Shown piece after piece: positions 43,731 to 64,000 of a DNA stretch of 64,000 bases. Position 1 is the stretch's first letter, and every line of letters starts with the position of its first letter. The position numbers and the translations under genes are program-made. The notes beneath the pieces were generated by a model. It had not been told where the DNA came from, did not search any database, and was given only the letters and a program-made list of their open reading frames with translations. The DNA comes from Blastocystis sp. Blastoise (Eukaryota > Protista > Bigyra: Opalinata): assembly GCA_039096225.1 (NCBI GenBank), contig JBBPEB010000015.1, positions 2,356,001 through 2,420,000 of the forward strand. The letters run 5' to 3'.

Positions 43731-44389
43731 CTCGTGGTAATAAAATACTAACATCTTCTTGTTTCTCTTCATCATATTTCTCTTTTAAATCATGACCTAA
43801 AAATAATACTTTTTATATAAGTTAATACATATATATAACATAAAAACTAATTAAAATACAATAAAAACTGTTTTTATTTAATATATAATAATGATAATAA
43901 TGATAATAATATATATATATATACTTCTCCTTTTTGAACGGGTTGTTTTGATAATTCTAATGGATTTATACTTATACCCATTTCCTTTAATTCACTTAAT
44001 GCCTGACCCTCTTTATTCAAATGAATCACACACACATCTTTTGAAGGATGAGAATACAACCTATTATCTGCTCCAAGACGCTTTATAATTTGTCCATTCA
44101 TCATATCTCGTAATTCTATTGTAAAAATGACATGATTCTCATGAATTGCCTGTAACCAAGGATATTTATCCGTTGGATAGTAACCAGGAAAAAGATAAGG
44201 AGCTGTCACATGGAATGGTGCAAAGAAATGATAATTTGTCTCCCAATTCTTATCAGCTTTAACTGCAAAGGTTGATCCACGACTCAAAACCTCGAATTTT
44301 TCCATACCTAATTCTGGAACACGAAACCAAGATGTACATGATAAAACTATTTTATTCCAATTCTTATTTATCAAAGATATTGTACTCAT
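43009..44389 (-). CDS. Trypsin/chymotrypsin-fold (PA clan) peptidase-like protein with GMCGGP nucleophile motif
   Basis: RGSTFAV, APFHV (His), HPSKDVCVI (Asp) and LTQGMCGGPVVDSRGLCRGI in the expected order. Confidence 0.75.
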
Positions 44390-44781
44390 TGTGAAAAAAA
44401 AAAATACCTTTTTTTAAAAAAACGTGATTATTCAAATTGTTTGAACACATAATTAATAATAGTTATGATTTAAAAACATAAATGAAAACAAGACAATAAA
44501 TGTATTATTTTTTATGTGTTTTTCTTTATATTTCACATCATAATTAAAAAATAGATTTTGTTTCCTATTAAAATAATTTCATGAATCTATTTTTTTATTG
44601 AATTTAGAAATAAAATACAATGAATCATTCTTATTTCTATCAATGATAAAATAATGAGTTAAGATATTGATAATAATAGTTTTATATTTATTTCTGTTAA
44701 TCTAAGTCGTTCATTGTAAAAGAAAAGCACAATTACAAAACAAAGTTCATATAAACGATAGTTATACTACAATACATTTTA

Positions 44782-45996
44782 TTATAAATAGAGATAACTC
44801 TCAGAGAATTGATCGCAAAAAGCATGAAGGGTAGGATAGTATTTAATAAGATAATCTGAACGAGATAGTGTATTCGTCACTATTTGAATAGATTTTTTAT
44901 AGCATTCAATATTATTAACATGTCTAGGTATATGAGTGACAGATATTTTACCCATATTCACCAACTTAATAGTAATTTGTTTGAAATAATCATCTATTTT
45001 TCGGATATTACTTAATTCCTGTTGATATCCAATTTGATTGTCTCTAGAATTCTCCTTTTCAACAAGTCTCTTATAATAATTAAGCTTTGCCAAGTAAATG
45101 TCTTCTCTTTCTGCCTTTAATAATTCACTTTTTTGCACATCTTTTCTTATGTGAGGTAAGGGACCTTCAAATACTTCAGAAATAGGAAGATCATCTATGG
45201 AGAAATCTCCAAATCTGCACACATGAGACTTTTCCACTTGACTAGTTACAAGTTCAGCTTGTTCTTTAAAAGTTTCATTAAGATTACCTTCATCAACATT
45301 TTCCATCCAACGAATAGAAAATTCATCACCAAGACAAGAGTTAATTGATGTACCATTTACATAAGCGTCTTTACCACAGTAATAAGCCCATGAAGATTCT
45401 TCTCCATTTGCTGCAGTTAAAGCATATGCGTTGACATCAACACTCATTTCATCAAACATAGATCCAGAAAAGCAAGCTTCCATATAATAAACAAGTCTTT
45501 TATACATTTTCTTTTCATGCATTTTATAAATAGTATCTAATAAATCCTTACTATGAAGTTCTTCTAGAGGAAAGCATATTAAGTCATCAGATCCATGATC
45601 AAAGAAACCAAGAAATACCGTATCTTCTTCTGTAGATTTCAATACTTTCTTACCAGTAGATTCATCACCTAACAAGACTTTTAAGTAATTTTCAATGTTA
45701 CAATCAAGTTTAGGATAATCAACAACATACCCTTCGTTGTAATTGATAGAATTTTCACCTGGTTTATTGAAGAGAGTATTTGGAAATGGATTAGAATCTG
45801 ATGAAGCTACATCATTGTAGCTAAGAACAATTATGTTGTTTGGATTATATCCGTTATCAAGGAGAATATGATAAGCATGAGCACTATCCGCTTGATGTCT
45901 GTAATTCCAATAACCAGCTGATCCAACAACAAGAACAGCCCATTTATCAGCATAAACGATGCCTAATAACGTTAACAATAAGAGAAAACAATTCAT
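44782..45996 (-). CDS. LGMN: Legumain / asparaginyl endopeptidase (peptidase C13), intronless
   Basis: Signal peptide, WAVLVVGSAGYWNYRHQAD, catalytic DHG and EACFSGS, CLGDEFS..W, SHVCRFGD; first ATG at 45996. Confidence 0.95.
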   Translation of the reverse strand: MNCFLLLLTLLGIVYADKWAVLVVGSAGYWNYRHQADSAHAYHILLDNGYNPNNIIVLSYNDVASSDSNPFPNTLFNKPGENSINYNEGYVVDYPKLDCNIENYLKVLLGDESTGKKVLKSTEEDTVFLGFFDHGSDDLICFPLEELHSKDLLDTIYKMHEKKMYKRLVYYMEACFSGSMFDEMSVDVNAYALTAANGEESSWAYYCGKDAYVNGTSINSCLGDEFSIRWMENVDEGNLNETFKEQAELVTSQVEKSHVCRFGDFSIDDLPISEVFEGPLPHIRKDVQKSELLKAEREDIYLAKLNYYKRLVEKENSRDNQIGYQQELSNIRKIDDYFKQITIKLVNMGKISVTHIPRHVNNIECYKKSIQIVTNTLSRSDYLIKYYPTLHAFCDQFSESYLYL

Positions 45997-47494
45997 ATTA
46001 AATAACAAACAAAAAAGTATTATTATGTGTACTTTTGTTTTGTATTATTGTATTGTTATATCTTTTCTCTTATTGTTTTTATGTCATGTCTGGTTAGACT
46101 GAATTAGGGTAAAAACAATTGGCTTGATCTTGATGATCACGTATTCGTCACTATTCGTTACAGTCTGTCAGAAAAAACGAAAAACGAAAATAAGATTCTT
46201 TTTTGTTTTCTTCGTCTTTGTACTAGTGTTCTTGATCTCTCTCTTTTTCATATCATACAAACGAATTCATATACATGTTTGCACATAGTTATACAAAAAA
46301 ATAGCATGTATATGTGTTTTCAATACAAAAACTAACAAAGATATAGTTTTTATCACTCATAGTCTCTTAACCACAAATATTTTTCATAAAACACAAATCA
46401 ACGAGAAATGCGATAGGATGATGACAAGTTTAGAACGTTTTTATTGGCGAAACGCTTGACAAACTGCTAGTCATTTTGTTTTCCAATATAACCACCAGTA
46501 TTCTCTATAAGACATATTATTATAAGCACATATTAGCTAAAACCAACTGATCTTTCTAAAGTTGTATTATAGTTTGAAAGTAATTAACAAATAAAAGAGA
46601 GATGGTTGTTGTAACTCATCTTATTGTTTGAAATATGTTAGAGGACTTACAAATTTGTGTTGAATTCAATACACTGAATGCATCAATGAGATAAGATTTT
46701 AAAATAAAAGTAACATTTTACACGACATTCCTCTTTCATCTAAGTAAATAGCTAGCTAACATTAAATCTATATTTTTAATGTATGTGTGATATAAATTCC
46801 ATTCATTTAAACATAAATATAGCCATATAATTAATTTTATAACAATTTTTTTATTTTATCAAATAAAATAAAAATTTCTTATAAAAATTTTACATAAATT
46901 TTCTTGCTTTCAATTTTTTATGAATAAGTTATTTATTAAATCATTTAAAATGTATTTTTGTAAGTAGTTTAGCGTTTGCATACTTTTTATGAGGGATATA
47001 ATACATTTTTTACTCATTATGAAAATAATTAGGTTTCATTTATTTGAAAAAATCAAAGTTTGATATCATAAGATAATGAATATGAAGTAAAAAATAGATA
47101 CCCATAACACACACGTTTTCCATTCAAATATGAAAATTTAATTCGTTTGATTTTTTAGAATAGCTATTGTTAAGTATTCTTGAAAACAATTGATAAGATA
47201 TGAGCCTATTTTACAATCAAAAGAAAGAAATGAGTTGATAAGGATTTGTTCGTAGCGGTTTAAAACTATTTCTGAAGCTCTATGAAAGCATGTTATATTT
47301 GAAAACATCTACTATACTGATTAGAAAGCTCTAAAAGTAATATTCAACAAATACTGAAATTGATTGAAATCTCATTCAGAAATGTTTAAAATGAAAATAG
47401 TAGTTTTTGAGTATCATAATTTATATTCCCGCAAATATTTTTGATAATTATTTGTATTTCCATATATAGATTCATAAAAACAAGAATTTCAGAA

Positions 47495-47567
47495 GCCTCG
47501 ATAGCTCAGTCGGGAGAGCGTATGACTGAAGATCATAAGGTCCCTGGTTCGATCCCGGGTCAAGGCG
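47495..47567 (+). tRNA. trnF: tRNA-Phe (GAA)
   Basis: 73-nt cloverleaf GCCTCGA TA GCTC AGTCGGGA GAGC G TATGA CT GAA GA TCATA AGGTC CCTGG TTCGATC CCGGG TCAAGGC G; A and B boxes intact; anticodon 47528-47530; one C5-A68 mismatch. Confidence 0.95.
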
Positions 47568-47570
47568 TAA

Positions 47571-47592
47571 TTTTATTTTTGTTTATTTTTTT
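47571..47592 (+). terminator. Oligo-T runs after the tRNA (probable Pol III terminator)
   Basis: TTTT, TTTTT and TTTTTTT within 25 nt of the tRNA 3' end. Confidence 0.6.
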
Positions 47593-47599
47593 AGATTCT

Positions 47600-55826
<8,227 letters not shown>

Positions 55827-56194
55827 TTTAAATTAATATGTTATATTAATTTATCTTTTATTGATATCTTATCTATTTAATTTTATTTTATCTTTAATTC
55901 TTTTCTACTATTCATTCTATATTATTTTCAAAATTCATATCTCTATATGTACTCAAAATCAATCATTTTCTTCTTATTTCTTCATTATATTCTTCTATTA
56001 TCAATTCTATTCAAATATCTACGATTTATATGTAATTATCTTTATGTTAAATGAAGTCTTCAATTTTACTAGATTTTATATATATACCTTATATATAGTA
56101 TTAATTATTAATTTTATTCAAAATTTTATGATTGTGTCCCAAAACACAATTAATAGTTGATATTATATTTATATATATATAATCAATTGAAATT

Positions 56195-56902
56195 TTCAAA
56201 TTTAGAATTCTAATAGAATCAAGAAATCAATTTATGTTTTGGAATATATATACTTTTATATATACATTTTCATATAGACGTCCTCTCTAAAATCGATTTT
56301 TCATTACCTTCTAGATGGTCTTATAGGCTCTATTATACCTCAAACATCTTGTATTGAGCTATATTTGGTTTATTTATCATTCAAATTTTGATTCTGAAAA
56401 TTTCATTTTTTATGATATTTTTCACTATTTCAAAATTTTGACTAAGTTACCTAAAAATTAATTTCCTTATTTGTGTTCCAAAACACAATAAAATCCAACT
56501 AGGATATCTATCAACTACAAATAAGTGGTTTTCTTCAAATTTAGAATTCTAATAGAGTCAAGAAATCAATTTATGTTTTGGAATATATATACTTTTATAT
56601 ATACATTTTCATATAGACGTCCTCTCTAAAATCGATTTTTCATTACCTTCTTGATGGTCTTATAGGCTCTATTATACCTCAAACATCTTGTATTGAGCTA
56701 TATTTGGTTTATTTATCATTCAAATTTTGATTCTGAAAATTTCATTTTTTATGATATTTTTCACTATTTCAAAATTTTGACTAAGTTACCTAAAAATTAA
56801 TTTCCATATTTGTGTTCCAAAACACAATAAAATCCAACTAGGATATCTATCAACTACAAATAAGTGGTTTTCTTCAAATTTAGAATTCTAATAGAGTCAA
56901 GA
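56195..56902 (+). repeat. 339-bp tandem duplication (two units plus a short third start) in the element 3' UTR
   Basis: CAAATTTAGAATTCTAATAG at 56197, 56536 and 56875; units nearly identical. Confidence 0.92.
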
Positions 56903-57814
56903 GAGCTACTTTAATGTTTTCATATTATCTCTCCTATTACTAAGTCAAGCCGAAATTAACTTAAAAATATCGAGTTTTCCAAAATTTTAAAATTTCATTA
57001 TATACTACTCCTTCCTCTTCATATTAATATATATTCCAATTTTCGTAAGTCTCTCTACTTTACTACTTATACATCATTTTATACTAAAATTTTCAACATA
57101 CTTCTCATTATTATTGAGTTTTCTCAGTATTCAAAGAGCACATGATTGTGTTCCTTGGCAATAATATTGTTCATTACTTCTACTACTACATTTCTTATTA
57201 AATAAATATTCTCATATTTCTTATTTTTCATCTTCATTTTTATACTTTTATCAAAATCATGATTCTCATTTCTTATCATATACTCTATATTCTATTAACT
57301 GATTCTCTCTTAAATATTTTTCATCCAAAACTTATTTTTTTCTCATATGATGAATTATTTCATCTCATTATTAAATCCATCTTTTTTATTCTATTTTGAT
57401 CTCTCTTTCTCTCTATTATCACAAATTTATATAATTCAATAATTTTTAAATATATATACATATATATATATATATATAGATTTCTCTCCTCTATATATAT
57501 ATATATAAACCATATTTTATTTTTCTTTTATATATTTATTTTATAATTTTATTTAATTTAAAATAGGACATATTTTAATATCATATTAATTAATTTTAAT
57601 AATAAAATAAAAATATTTTTTTATAATATTTTTTTATATAATATATTACTATGCCTTATATTTATATATATATACATATATATAAATATAATATTATGAC
57701 CTTTGTTTTATTAATAATATAAGATTTCTTTAATTTTATTATTATAAATTTTATATTATCTAAAGATATATATATATATAGATATTTTATCATATATATA
57801 GTTAGGAACTATAT

Positions 57815-57958
57815 AGATCAAAAACTCCTACCTATCCTGTCCTATAGGCAAAAAATTAAAAAACTAAAACTTTTTTTATATAATTCTTGTTTTTGACGTC
57901 CCTCTTTGGATGTCTTTTTCTCCATGATGACATGGAGTTTTTGTTTAGTTTTTGATCT
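57815..57958 (+). other. Predicted structured RNA domain near the element 3' end
   Basis: 12-bp stem AGATCAAAAACT (57815-57826)/AGTTTTTGATCT (57947-57958) enclosing hairpins GACGTCC/GGATGTC (57895-57914) and CTCCATG/CATGGAG (57920-57937). Confidence 0.6.
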
Positions 57959-58051
57959 TAAAATAAAGTTGACTTTCTCAATTTTATTATTATTTTATTT
58001 TTATTTGTGTTTCTCTGTTCCTTATCTTTCTTTTCTCTTGTTTAAATTAAT

Positions 58052-58074
58052 TGGTTCGATCCCGGGTCAAGGCG
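58052..58074 (+). repeat. Duplicated 3' fragment of tRNA-Phe (positions 51-73, includes the B box) at the element-element junction
   Basis: TGGTTCGATCCCGGGTCAAGGCG identical to 47545-47567; identity continues 13 nt further (TAATTTTATTTTT). Confidence 0.95.

Positions 58075-64000
<5,926 letters not shown>

Noticed and set aside
47441-47599. ORF-track N-terminal extension running through the tRNA
   Set aside because: Starts at TTG, translates the tRNA gene and is absent from copy 2; the shared first ATG is at 47600/58107.
57915-57940. Hammerhead ribozyme near CATGATGA
   Set aside because: Core CUGANGA and GAAA elements are not present.

Overview
Very AT-rich, intron-dense eukaryotic nuclear DNA. 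Short GTAT...TAG introns padded with (TA)n/(TAT)n, plus legumain, sialidase, GH31 and BTB-LRR genes, suggest a gut protist such as an AT-rich Blastocystis lineage (inference). Positions 1-46000 hold 11 protein genes: ValRS, GH33 sialidase, MFS transporter, trefoil-GH31 alpha-glucosidase, BTB-LRR, TRM1, a MIT-like protein, a large coiled-coil protein, MAM33, a trypsin-fold protease with Cys in place of the catalytic Ser, and an intronless legumain. Two things stand out. (1) From 47495 to the window end, a tRNA-Phe(GAA) gene is followed by a head-to-tail array of ~10.5-kb non-LTR retrotransposons (single ~2740-aa ORF: long low-complexity N-terminus, RT, CCHC, restriction-like endonuclease). The last 23 nt of the tRNA are repeated exactly at the junction between copies, pointing to an element that inserts at the tRNA T-arm while leaving a complete tRNA upstream. 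(2) In a ~9-kb gap without protein genes (18.2-27.4 kb), the minus strand shows small spliced exons and a 4-kb pyrimidine-rich tract ending at a fully Watson-Crick, non-decoding tRNA-like cloverleaf (21620-21688), a candidate lncRNA with a tRNA-mimic 3' module. All coordinates and folds were derived by eye; no searches were run.
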